Source: Candidatus Hodarchaeota archaeon (GTDB taxonomy: Archaea > Asgardarchaeota > Lokiarchaeia > Sigyniarchaeales > SOKP01). Taken from it: a stretch of DNA of 64,000 bases. Position 1 is the stretch's first letter; every line of letters starts with the position of its first letter. Positions 19,061 to 27,551 of the stretch are shown here, in pieces. A model generated the notes under the pieces. The model searched no databases and was not told where the DNA came from. It was given only the letters and a program-made list of their open reading frames with translations. The DNA lies in contig JBHLKM010000001.1 in the NCBI GenBank assembly GCA_048886685.1, forward strand, positions 192,001-256,000, given 5' to 3'. Made by a program: the position numbers and the translations under genes.

Positions 19061-19330
19061 TTATTGGCTCCTGACTGTCTCTTTTATCATTGTTTGAAGA
19101 CATTTGGCACAATACCTTCCACTTTCCATCCTATTTGCTCTTCTAGAAGTCTTATTAGTTTTTCTCATTTCAGAGGGTCGTAATCGCGGAATAGACTGGA
19201 TAGGTCTTTTACAAATGGCACAGTGTGCTCTTTTAGGTTTTCTTCTCCAATAGTGAGACACATTTCTATTTCCCGGTGTTCTAACCTTCTTTCTACCTTG
19301 AGCTTTGGATCGTAAGCCTGGACGTGGAAT
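19061..19330 (-). CDS. rpl34e: Ribosomal protein eL34, probable ATT start
   Basis: (M)PRPGLRSKAQGRKKVRTPGNRNVSHY...CAIC...C; in-frame TAG lies just upstream. Confidence 0.9.
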   Translation of the reverse strand: MPRPGLRSKAQGRKKVRTPGNRNVSHYWRRKPKRAHCAICKRPIQSIPRLRPSEMRKTNKTSRRANRMESGRYCAKCLQTMIKETVRSQ

Positions 19331-19422
19331 AATGATTACCTAATATCTTTAGTTTTAAATCGATTCTAATAAAGCTAATATAATTTTAAAGAATAGAAAG
19401 AATATTAATTTTATTGTTTTAA

Positions 19423-20079
19423 TTAGGCTTTTAGATTTATTTTGTTTTGAAATTTTAGGAAGATCTGATATAAATCATCCACTATTTCCTCCATTAATCT
19501 AGTAGCATTATCTGTGTTATGTAGTTTAGTTAAAGTGTTATTATGTATAGTTTTAATTTTTGCGGAGAGCTTATCCATTCCAGGAAATTTTTTTAAACTT
19601 TTAATTAAATCTTTAAATAAATTATCAATTAGCTCAATCTCTTGAAAGCCTTTCAACTTTAATGCATCCATTAATGTGATAAAGGATGAAGTTATTTCTA
19701 AAGTAATCGCTGGGAGTCCTAAAACTGTTGAACTCAAAGTTTTGGTAGGGCGAGATTGTTCTATTCCATCTCTTTCAGAGAGTACGTGAGGAAATTCTAG
19801 AGCTGATATTTTATTAATGATATCAATCGCAGTAAAATATTGATTAGTAAAATTCATTTTCCTAAGGAGTACAGAAAGATCAATATCATTTTCGTCTAAA
19901 TACATATTAAATTTTAATAATTCATTGATTGTATTTTTAACTTTTTTATGAAAAAAGTGTTCTTTAATCACTCCATTTTTATATTTTTCATATGCATTTA
20001 GAATCGTATTTACTAACGCGTATAGTTCAGATTCAACATCAGATTCTTCTTCTGAACTGAAATTGTTTTCTTCAACCAT
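19423..20079 (-). CDS. Vps28-like (ESCRT-I) protein
   Basis: ESELYALVNTI..YEKY..G.I and EITSSFITLMDALKL resemble recalled Vps28 N- and C-domain motifs. Confidence 0.7.
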   Translation of the reverse strand: MVEENNFSSEEESDVESELYALVNTILNAYEKYKNGVIKEHFFHKKVKNTINELLKFNMYLDENDIDLSVLLRKMNFTNQYFTAIDIINKISALEFPHVLSERDGIEQSRPTKTLSSTVLGLPAITLEITSSFITLMDALKLKGFQEIELIDNLFKDLIKSLKKFPGMDKLSAKIKTIHNNTLTKLHNTDNATRLMEEIVDDLYQIFLKFQNKINLKA

Positions 20080-20131
20080 TTTAGTTATTTCGAATGAAAT
20101 TTTTTAAATTTTTGAATATAAACTAAAAATC

Positions 20132-21055
20132 TTAACCTAATAATGTAGGACGTAAGAAATAGTACAAAATTGCTACAAGGACACCAATAATAACAGTTGG
20201 AATTAATACTCGAGTGGTAGAAGAATTACTTAGTTCTCTAATAGATAAAGTCATCAAAATAGGTACCCATATAGCAATAGTTAAAGCATCCAATACATCT
20301 AAAACGGCCCAAGTTCCAGATGGAAACACTTGGTCAAATATGAGCTCATCAAATGTTGCAGTACTCGTATTTATAGTTGGGAAGCCAACGAGAACAACAA
20401 GAGTCTTAATTGCATTAATAAGCAAGAATGGAGCAAACGCGCATAACATCATTTTAAATTTATAGGAACCCTCTAATTGTAGCATTGTACCACCCTTGTA
20501 AATACTAAACGGGCTTATCTCTGCTTCTTTATATTTCTCTTGAGCTTCTCTTAACCCTCCAAAGCGTGTTTCTAGTCTCTCGGTGAATCCAACTGCGACA
20601 TTAGCTCCTTTTGTGAATAACCAAATCAAAATGGCAAATAAAATCAACTGAGACAAAAATCCAAAAATGAAAAAAGTAGCAAAGAAGCTCAAATTATATA
20701 CAAAGCGGGTTAAGGAATAAGTGCCAATTCCAGCAAAATTAAAGTGAGAAAAAAATGCTAAGCCCATAAGTCCGTAAAGTAAAGAGCTAAATAATAAAAT
20801 CAACCAACCTGGGGCCTTACTTCTTTTATGATTGATGTCCCAGAAAGCTTTGTTCGCAGAAATAAAGAGATAAAGAATTTTTAGATACCAGGGATATGGA
20901 GTTATCCATTCTGCTTCAATTCTTCGAAAAAACCGTACTGTTTCAATCCTCTCAACTTTTAGACGAAAGCCACAAAAATTACAGGCAAAACTTTCAACAG
21001 TATTCTCATTTCCACATCTAGGACAACGTTGGAATGCTGCTACCGTTTGAGACAT
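20132..21055 (-). CDS. Zinc-ribbon + Yip1-like multi-pass membrane protein
   Basis: CPRC..CNFC N-terminus; about 5 TM segments with Yip1-like spacing. Confidence 0.55.
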   Translation of the reverse strand: MSQTVAAFQRCPRCGNENTVESFACNFCGFRLKVERIETVRFFRRIEAEWITPYPWYLKILYLFISANKAFWDINHKRSKAPGWLILLFSSLLYGLMGLAFFSHFNFAGIGTYSLTRFVYNLSFFATFFIFGFLSQLILFAILIWLFTKGANVAVGFTERLETRFGGLREAQEKYKEAEISPFSIYKGGTMLQLEGSYKFKMMLCAFAPFLLINAIKTLVVLVGFPTINTSTATFDELIFDQVFPSGTWAVLDVLDALTIAIWVPILMTLSIRELSNSSTTRVLIPTVIIGVLVAILYYFLRPTLLG

Positions 21056-21198
21056 TCTTATTACAACATTCTAAAATTTTTTATATTAAACTTATAATAA
21101 ATTATTCTTATAAAAATTTCTTTCAAATTTTTATTATTTCCCTATTGTATATTTATTTGTTGCTTTTATATAATAATGATTTGAAGAATACTAATTTC

Positions 21199-22272
21199 TC
21201 AAGGATATTCTATGATATAATAATTATCCTCTGTAATAATACAATAATCACGCTGTGTAAATAATTTAACTAATTCCAGATTAGTTTGTGTATGGCTTGT
21301 TATTTGGTGTACTTTAATTCTTGAAGGTTTTTTAACAAAGGCCATTAATGGTATTAGTTGATCACTTAAATAATTGTCAACGGGGATATCATTTTTAATA
21401 TATTTGATTATTTCATTAGCAGCCATTCTACCTAGATCTTCAGATCTTATTTTTCTATCTCCTAATATCGTTCCTGTAGAAATTATAGCTCCCTTATCCG
21501 AATTAGCCCATAAGGAGAGACCTACTCCAGGACTGGTTGAATCAACCCACATAAATTTTATATCCGTCTCAACTTTTAATAATTTTTTTATTTGTTGTGT
21601 GATAGATTTTCTTATTCTTGTTCCGATATTGTCTCTGTTTCGCATTAAATGTTTAGTAATAATAATTTCTCCTCGGACTAAATCGATGTTTCCTAATTCA
21701 GTTAAATTTACGGGATTAAGTTTTATTTTTGAAGGATTTATAGTACATTTTATTCGAGCTCCACCTTTAGGGTAAAAACCATGTTTTTGGATCTCTATAT
21801 CAATCTTTAGTCCAGATCTCTTTAAAATCTCATAAGTAACTTTCTGAAGATAATTAAGACTTGGAGCCCAGTTCCCAAAGCTACCCCCTCCTGAAAGAGA
21901 AATCTCAATTTTCTCAACATTTTCAAATCCTAGACTTGCTATTTGAATCGGTTGTAACAACAATCCAATACTTGCTGCAGTGTTAATGTTGACGTGAAAA
22001 TTAGTTTTAATTTCTCTTTCCGGTTTAGGAATAAAGGTAAGTTCTTCAGTTCCAACCTTACAATCACTTAATATACTATTTGTTAATCCTGCAATCGTAT
22101 TTAGACCTAATAAATGTTGAGTTCTCAGGCCTGGTTTAGGACGATTAGCACGAATGTTTCTAATTTTTATGGGTTGGTTAAATAAATAAGAGAAACCTGC
22201 GGATAGTCTAAGTATAGCACCTCCGCCTTCTCCAAAAGAACCATCAATTTCAAGGATATTTTTTTCAGTCAT
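21199..22272 (-). CDS. rtcA: RNA 3'-terminal phosphate cyclase
   Basis: IDGSFGEGGG.ILR, NIRANRPKPGLRTQH, GFYPKGG, DQLIP, HTQTN. Confidence 0.95.
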   Translation of the reverse strand: MTEKNILEIDGSFGEGGGAILRLSAGFSYLFNQPIKIRNIRANRPKPGLRTQHLLGLNTIAGLTNSILSDCKVGTEELTFIPKPEREIKTNFHVNINTAASIGLLLQPIQIASLGFENVEKIEISLSGGGSFGNWAPSLNYLQKVTYEILKRSGLKIDIEIQKHGFYPKGGARIKCTINPSKIKLNPVNLTELGNIDLVRGEIIITKHLMRNRDNIGTRIRKSITQQIKKLLKVETDIKFMWVDSTSPGVGLSLWANSDKGAIISTGTILGDRKIRSEDLGRMAANEIIKYIKNDIPVDNYLSDQLIPLMAFVKKPSRIKVHQITSHTQTNLELVKLFTQRDYCIITEDNYYIIEYP

Positions 22273-23414
22273 GAATTTTCAGCTGTATTAGAGAGATACT
22301 TTAAACGATTTATTCCGTCAAATTTTTCTATTAATTCCCTAACTTCTTTTGGTACTAATGGTGTCCAAGATTTATCATTTTTTAGAATTAGGCGTCTAAT
22401 ATTATTGCCATTAAATTTCTTTTTAAAAATTTCTACTTTTTTTTCAACTTTATATCCCTTATTATGAAAAAGTGCTCTTATCCAATCGCTATTTGAAAAA
22501 ACGGTATTGAATTCCCCAATAATAGAAACAACGTGATCTACCCATTTATTCGCGTCAAAGATATCGACGATGTAAAATATTTGGTATCTGCTTGAAGAAA
22601 TACTGCGTTTCTTGAAAGCTGCGTTTAAAAATTCTTTTCTTTCTATGTTAGTAAAAGGATCATTAATAGTATTTGACAATTGAGAGCTACCTATCCCAAT
22701 TTTCACTTTTTTATATGATTTTAAAATTGTTTGAAGAACATATATATGTCCATGATGTAATGGTTGAAATCTTCCTATAAACAACGCAATATCATTATTC
22801 TGGGATAGATTCAATTCACTTTCATCTCCAAAAAGTAAGTTTAAATCAGTATTTAGGATTATTCTCCAGATTTTTCTGCTATGATCAACTGATTTCTCAT
22901 TTTTTAATAAATTATCCAATTCATTTTTGGTATAAAATTTACTCTGTTCAATATCTAATTCATCAGGATCAGGATTTAAAGGAATTCCATAATCAACTAA
23001 TCCAAAAAAAACATAAGCAATTTCTTTTGTTTTATCATCTTGTTCATCATTTAACTCATAAAATCTAACATTTCGGATCGCTTTTGAGGGAATTCCGAAC
23101 TCCTCTTCTAGTTCTCTCAAAGCATCATTTTTGATCTTAACAAGATCTAAATTTTTTTGCCATTGGATATGACCAGAAGAAGAATCTGTGAAATACCCAG
23201 GATATGAACTCTTACTTTTACTTCTTTTTTGCACTAAATATTTAATTTCTCCTTTAGGTGATTTTGAAATTATGAAAAATCGAGTAATTAAATGACTGAT
23301 ATGTTTCTCATGTGCTTGTTTTCTTTCAATAGGATAAATATATTTAGAAATTTGGCCTGACTGTAAATATTTTATATTTTCATCATCAATACAAGCCAGA
23401 ATTTCATTTTTCAT
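22269..23414 (-). CDS. NUDIX + nicotinamide-nucleotide adenylyltransferase fusion
   Basis: N-terminal QKRS..K..YPG..D..SGH and ALRELEEEFGI; C-terminal GRFQPLHHGH, GIGSSQ, PFT..ER. Confidence 0.85.
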   Translation of the reverse strand: MKNEILACIDDENIKYLQSGQISKYIYPIERKQAHEKHISHLITRFFIISKSPKGEIKYLVQKRSKSKSSYPGYFTDSSSGHIQWQKNLDLVKIKNDALRELEEEFGIPSKAIRNVRFYELNDEQDDKTKEIAYVFFGLVDYGIPLNPDPDELDIEQSKFYTKNELDNLLKNEKSVDHSRKIWRIILNTDLNLLFGDESELNLSQNNDIALFIGRFQPLHHGHIYVLQTILKSYKKVKIGIGSSQLSNTINDPFTNIERKEFLNAAFKKRSISSSRYQIFYIVDIFDANKWVDHVVSIIGEFNTVFSNSDWIRALFHNKGYKVEKKVEIFKKKFNGNNIRRLILKNDKSWTPLVPKEVRELIEKFDGINRLKYLSNTAENS

Positions 23415-23429
23415 ATTTAATTTTTCCTC

Positions 23430-24257
23430 CTATACTTGGATATTTATAAGATCTCCTGATTTGAAACCTAATTTTTTAGATGCATTTCCCTGGTTAATTG
23501 AGATTTCAAGATATCCTGTGGAACCAACAAGAAGTAGCAATGAATCAATAGATACGCTTGAAAAATGAGAAGTGAATACCCCTTCATATTTATTATCATT
23601 CACAATTATATTAATTTTTGCACCAACTTCTAAGGTTAAATTTAAATCTATTATTTTATTCCCAACCATTTGAATGGTTGTTGTTCCATTCCCAAAAGAA
23701 TCAATATATTGTATCGAACCAATAATACTTTTATTTTCTAAATTTACTTCATGAGTTATTATGGTCTTTATTAAATTGTTAAGATTAAATTTTGGACCAA
23801 GATCACTTAAAGGAAAGTTCTGATCTTTCGTGATATAAGCACCTATAGGTGCCATAATATCTCTCCCATGAAATGTAGCAGAGATCGGTTGATTAAAATA
23901 TTCTTCATTTTGAACGCTAATACATTCTGATATTTCAGATATATCAAAAACATTTGAAAAAATCCCATTATTTGGACCGATAAAAAAATAATTGGAATTT
24001 GTTTTTAAGGCCAAGATTTCTCTTGAACCCCCAACCCCTGGATCAACTACAGTTATAAAAGTAGTACCTTTAGGAAAATGTTGATATGTCGTTTTTAAAA
24101 TATAAGATGCCTCAATTATTGAATATGGAGAAATATCATGAGATATATCAATTATTTTTACAAGAGGATTTATTTTCAAAATAACTGCTTTCATAGCAGC
24201 TACATAATGCTGACCTCTAGATCCAAAATCAGTTAACAAAGCAATAGTACTTTCCAT
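23430..24257 (-). CDS. SAM hydroxide adenosyltransferase (DUF62)
   Basis: LLTDFG, VVDPGVG, TFHGRDIMAP, IDSFGN, LEISIN.GNA. Confidence 0.92.
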   Translation of the reverse strand: MESTIALLTDFGSRGQHYVAAMKAVILKINPLVKIIDISHDISPYSIIEASYILKTTYQHFPKGTTFITVVDPGVGGSREILALKTNSNYFFIGPNNGIFSNVFDISEISECISVQNEEYFNQPISATFHGRDIMAPIGAYITKDQNFPLSDLGPKFNLNNLIKTIITHEVNLENKSIIGSIQYIDSFGNGTTTIQMVGNKIIDLNLTLEVGAKINIIVNDNKYEGVFTSHFSSVSIDSLLLLVGSTGYLEISINQGNASKKLGFKSGDLINIQV

Positions 24258-24351
24258 TTTTTTAAAAAGGTGGTTGAATTCTTCTTAGAAGAAATATTAA
24301 TGCTATTTTATGAACACATCAAGAAATTCTCATAGAAAAAATTTATGAAAA

Positions 24352-25254
24352 TTACTCTTTCTTATACTTCTGATCTATTTTATAAAAATCTTCTAGAGCT
24401 TTAGATTTTAGCCTAAATTCCTCCTCCTTATCAAATTGCACTAGCTTTTTAGATATTTCACTTGCCTTTCTGTATGAAGTATATGCTGTATGAAAATCCT
24501 CGTTCCTTAAAGCATTACGAGCTTCTTGAATTATCTTTTCTCTTTCTTTTGAATATTCTGGAATTTGTTGAGAAAAATCTCCCTTTTCTTTTAATGAGAC
24601 TGCTATATCCATAAGATATAATTCTTCCGCCAACTCCGCTGCTTTTAGATAAGATTTTGCAGCTTTTTCATATTCTAAAGATTTTATAGCAGTTTCAGCT
24701 GTTTTATAAAAATCAGATATTTTTATATGCTCACCATTCTCAACTTTTTCCAAAAGTTCTTGAGCAATCTTTCTTTCTTTTTTTTCCCCGCTTAACATTA
24801 GCTTAGTTATATCTATGATATTACTTTTCAAAGCATTAGGCTGGAGAATATCAATCAAAGGTTCTAAATATTCAAAATAAATATCTTTTAGTATTGATTC
24901 AAATTCTTCCTCTGTTTTATTTAAAATATTAAGACTTGGCATCTCTAATGCTTCAGCAGCTTCTTTAAGAAAAGAGCGAAACTTTTCTGGCTTATCTTCT
25001 TCAGTTATTAACAAACCTATTATAATTCCAGAAGCTTTTCTCCCTAGCTTCCCTTTCAATTTATGAATATATGAAAAGATGCGATGTTCTTTTAATTTAA
25101 GCAAATTATAGTCGTTCTTTGAATGATCCAGGTTCAATCTTAGAAAAAGATCATTTGTTATTTCAAATCGCGATTGCCCTTCTTTAAAATAATATCCCAT
25201 TATTTTATAATCTGAATCTGTTGGAAGTAATACTACAAAGCAACCAGTTGGCAT
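24352..25254 (-). CDS. Hypothetical protein; possible longin-like N-domain and TPR/MIT-like helical C-domain
   Basis: alpha/beta N-terminus; repeated A...Y.KAAE(L/I)(A/S) helical units; fold is inferred. Confidence 0.6.
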   Translation of the reverse strand: MPTGCFVVLLPTDSDYKIMGYYFKEGQSRFEITNDLFLRLNLDHSKNDYNLLKLKEHRIFSYIHKLKGKLGRKASGIIIGLLITEEDKPEKFRSFLKEAAEALEMPSLNILNKTEEEFESILKDIYFEYLEPLIDILQPNALKSNIIDITKLMLSGEKKERKIAQELLEKVENGEHIKISDFYKTAETAIKSLEYEKAAKSYLKAAELAEELYLMDIAVSLKEKGDFSQQIPEYSKEREKIIQEARNALRNEDFHTAYTSYRKASEISKKLVQFDKEEEFRLKSKALEDFYKIDQKYKKE

Positions 25255-25319
25255 CTTAAATTATGCACCTCTTAATTATTTAAAGATAAAATGAGTCATT
25301 ATAAAAGAATTCATAACGT

Positions 25320-25751
25320 TTAAGATTGACTTGTACTAATTATTCTATTGGTTTCTTCTCTAATACTTTGGATAATATTTAATAATTGAGCGAAATAGAG
25401 ATTATCAGCAACGGCTTTTGAAGCCTGTTTAATTGTATCGATAGCTTTCTTTTCTTCCTCCGTTATTGCTTCAATCGATTTTTTATCCCATAGTTCTTTT
25501 ATTTTATTATTAAAATCTTCAGATAATTCCTTTAAACTATTACTAGATTGAATTCTGAATTGTTTTAAAACCTCTACTATTAGTCTAATATTTTCAGTCA
25601 TCGAAACTGTTTGTTCAGAGAAGCTCTGACTCATTTGGGCAATTGCACCACCCATTTGGTTAATTTGAGCTATGGTTCCATCTAATGAACTCATAATCTG
25701 ATTAATTTTTTGAATCATCTCATCTAATAATTGTTCTGCCATTTTTTTCAC
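25320..25751 (-). CDS. Coiled-coil hypothetical protein
   Basis: Heptad-rich all-alpha sequence; GGTGA SD upstream. Confidence 0.7.
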   Translation of the reverse strand: MKKMAEQLLDEMIQKINQIMSSLDGTIAQINQMGGAIAQMSQSFSEQTVSMTENIRLIVEVLKQFRIQSSNSLKELSEDFNNKIKELWDKKSIEAITEEEKKAIDTIKQASKAVADNLYFAQLLNIIQSIREETNRIISTSQS

Positions 25752-25770
25752 CTACATGATTTAAATTTTA

Positions 25771-26184
25771 TTATTCTACTACCTCTTCTTCTTTAAGAGA
25801 TTCTTTTAGGATTTTTACAGAATCGATAGCTTCTGATAATAACAAATTTACTGTATCTTGATTAAGAATTCCCTCAGAAAGTTTAGAAAAATCTTCAAGC
25901 TTGTTAATTAAATTTTTAAGCGCATCCAATCCTAAGCCTTCTTGTATTATTTTTAGCTCCTTTGTTGCTTCTCCTCCGATTTCCTTTACTGCATCAATGT
26001 GTTTAGTCTGCGTAACATTAATTTCATTAGAAAATTCTACCAATTTCTCAGTAAGGTTTGAAATTTTTTCTTCGATGTTTTGATTGAGCTTGTTAAGGGA
26101 TTCGTTAAGAGATTGAATGGATTGTCCTAACTGGGCAATCCTTTTATAAATATTTTGAAGAAGGTCGGTTAGCATCTCAGCCAT
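25771..26184 (-). CDS. Coiled-coil hypothetical protein
   Basis: Heptad pattern; N-terminus resembles the neighbour (MAEMLTDLLQNI / MAEQLLDEMIQKI). Confidence 0.7.
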   Translation of the reverse strand: MAEMLTDLLQNIYKRIAQLGQSIQSLNESLNKLNQNIEEKISNLTEKLVEFSNEINVTQTKHIDAVKEIGGEATKELKIIQEGLGLDALKNLINKLEDFSKLSEGILNQDTVNLLLSEAIDSVKILKESLKEEEVVE

Positions 26185-26423
26185 AGAAAATCAACTTTTT
26201 TAATTTTTTTTTTAATTTACTGAAGTCTCTTTTTGTTACTTCAATTATAAATATAACAGATTACATCAATAAAAAAATATTCAATAAAAAAATATTTATC
26301 TTTTTTCTTATTTATTTAGAATATAAACGCAAGCAAGATTAATAGCCATCGGATTAATTAATAAATATTAAAGAGTAATAATAAGAGATACTTTAGAAAG
26401 ATTATTTGTGTTTCTAACAATTA

Positions 26424-26598
26424 GGGCCATTTGCTTAGCCTGGTTAACAAGGTTTTATATGCTTGGTCAACAAGCGCAGGTCTTATAAATGATCATCGGA
26501 CATACAATAATTAAATTGTCCGAAAAAGTAAAAACCTGAGATAAAAAGGGTTTATCCCTTTTACGAGGAAATCCGGGGTTCAAATCCCCGATGGCCCA
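26424..26598 (+). tRNA. tRNA-Ile(TAT) with three introns (26447..26471, ~26489..26533, 26541..26570)
   Basis: Removing the introns gives a 75-nt cloverleaf: GGGCCAT/ATGGCCC-A, GCTT/AAGC, CAGGT-CTTATAA-ACCTG, AGATC, CGGGG-TTCAAAT-CCCCG. Confidence 0.85.
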
Positions 26599-26750
26599 TT
26601 TTTTTCCTATCTTATAGTTTTAAATACGTAATTCTTCGTGAAACATCAATTTCACGATTTATCATATATCTCAGAGAAATATCTCTATATGTATTAAGAT
26701 ATTATCTTAAGGTTTTTGAAATAAATTTTAAAAGAGTGTGAGAAGAATTT

Positions 26751-27431
26751 TTACTTATCTAAATGAAGACTAATTAAATCAAGAAGCCATCTTTTTATTT
26801 GGGTAAGATTTTTAATAATACCTGGTATAAGATTCTCAGGAAAATTTTCTTCATGGTTTAATCTCTGAGCGGTTTCCATCCATTTGTTTAAGGCTAGTTG
26901 TACAAGACTCGCGCCTTCAGCTTCCATGAAGATCGGAATAACAGCAGCAGATTCTCGAGCATCGCCAATCGCAAAATATACTCTGCGATTATTTCCTTTT
27001 AGCATTACTAAATTAGCACACTCATCAAGTTTTCGTTCAACTAGAATACTCTTTAAGATCTGAGCTTTCAAATCTTGATCTTTTGACGTAAATTTCTCCT
27101 TTCTTCCCTTAAGAGCAGGTTGAATTTCGGTTACCACCTTATCACCTGTACCTTCTGGGCTAAAGTATTTTGTAATTTTAAGACTATCTTCTAATGCTTC
27201 TATAGATGTGAATTTTTTAGTATTTGAATAAAAAACAGCTTTAGAACCAGCTTGATCTTCACCAGTAGATAATTTTATATAAATATTTCTCATAGCTACA
27301 GAATTACATGTATGATAGGCTATTTCAAACAACTCTCTTGGTAATAAAGTACCATAAGGTTCTTCTATATGTTTGGAAAGCCATTGAGAAGTAATAACCT
27401 CGTTAAATTGGGATAAAAGTCGGTTTTCCAT
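26751..27431 (-). CDS. Hypothetical protein
   Basis: 226-aa ORF with normal composition; no motif recognised. Confidence 0.7.
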   Translation of the reverse strand: MENRLLSQFNEVITSQWLSKHIEEPYGTLLPRELFEIAYHTCNSVAMRNIYIKLSTGEDQAGSKAVFYSNTKKFTSIEALEDSLKITKYFSPEGTGDKVVTEIQPALKGRKEKFTSKDQDLKAQILKSILVERKLDECANLVMLKGNNRRVYFAIGDARESAAVIPIFMEAEGASLVQLALNKWMETAQRLNHEENFPENLIPGIIKNLTQIKRWLLDLISLHLDK

Positions 27432-27551
27432 AATATTCGCTAAAAATTTGTAAATATATAGTTAGAACAAATTTTATTAAAATATAGTACTTCTAGTTTT
27501 TAATTATTTTTATTTCTGATTGAGTAGAAATTTTAAAACTGTTGAGGATTT

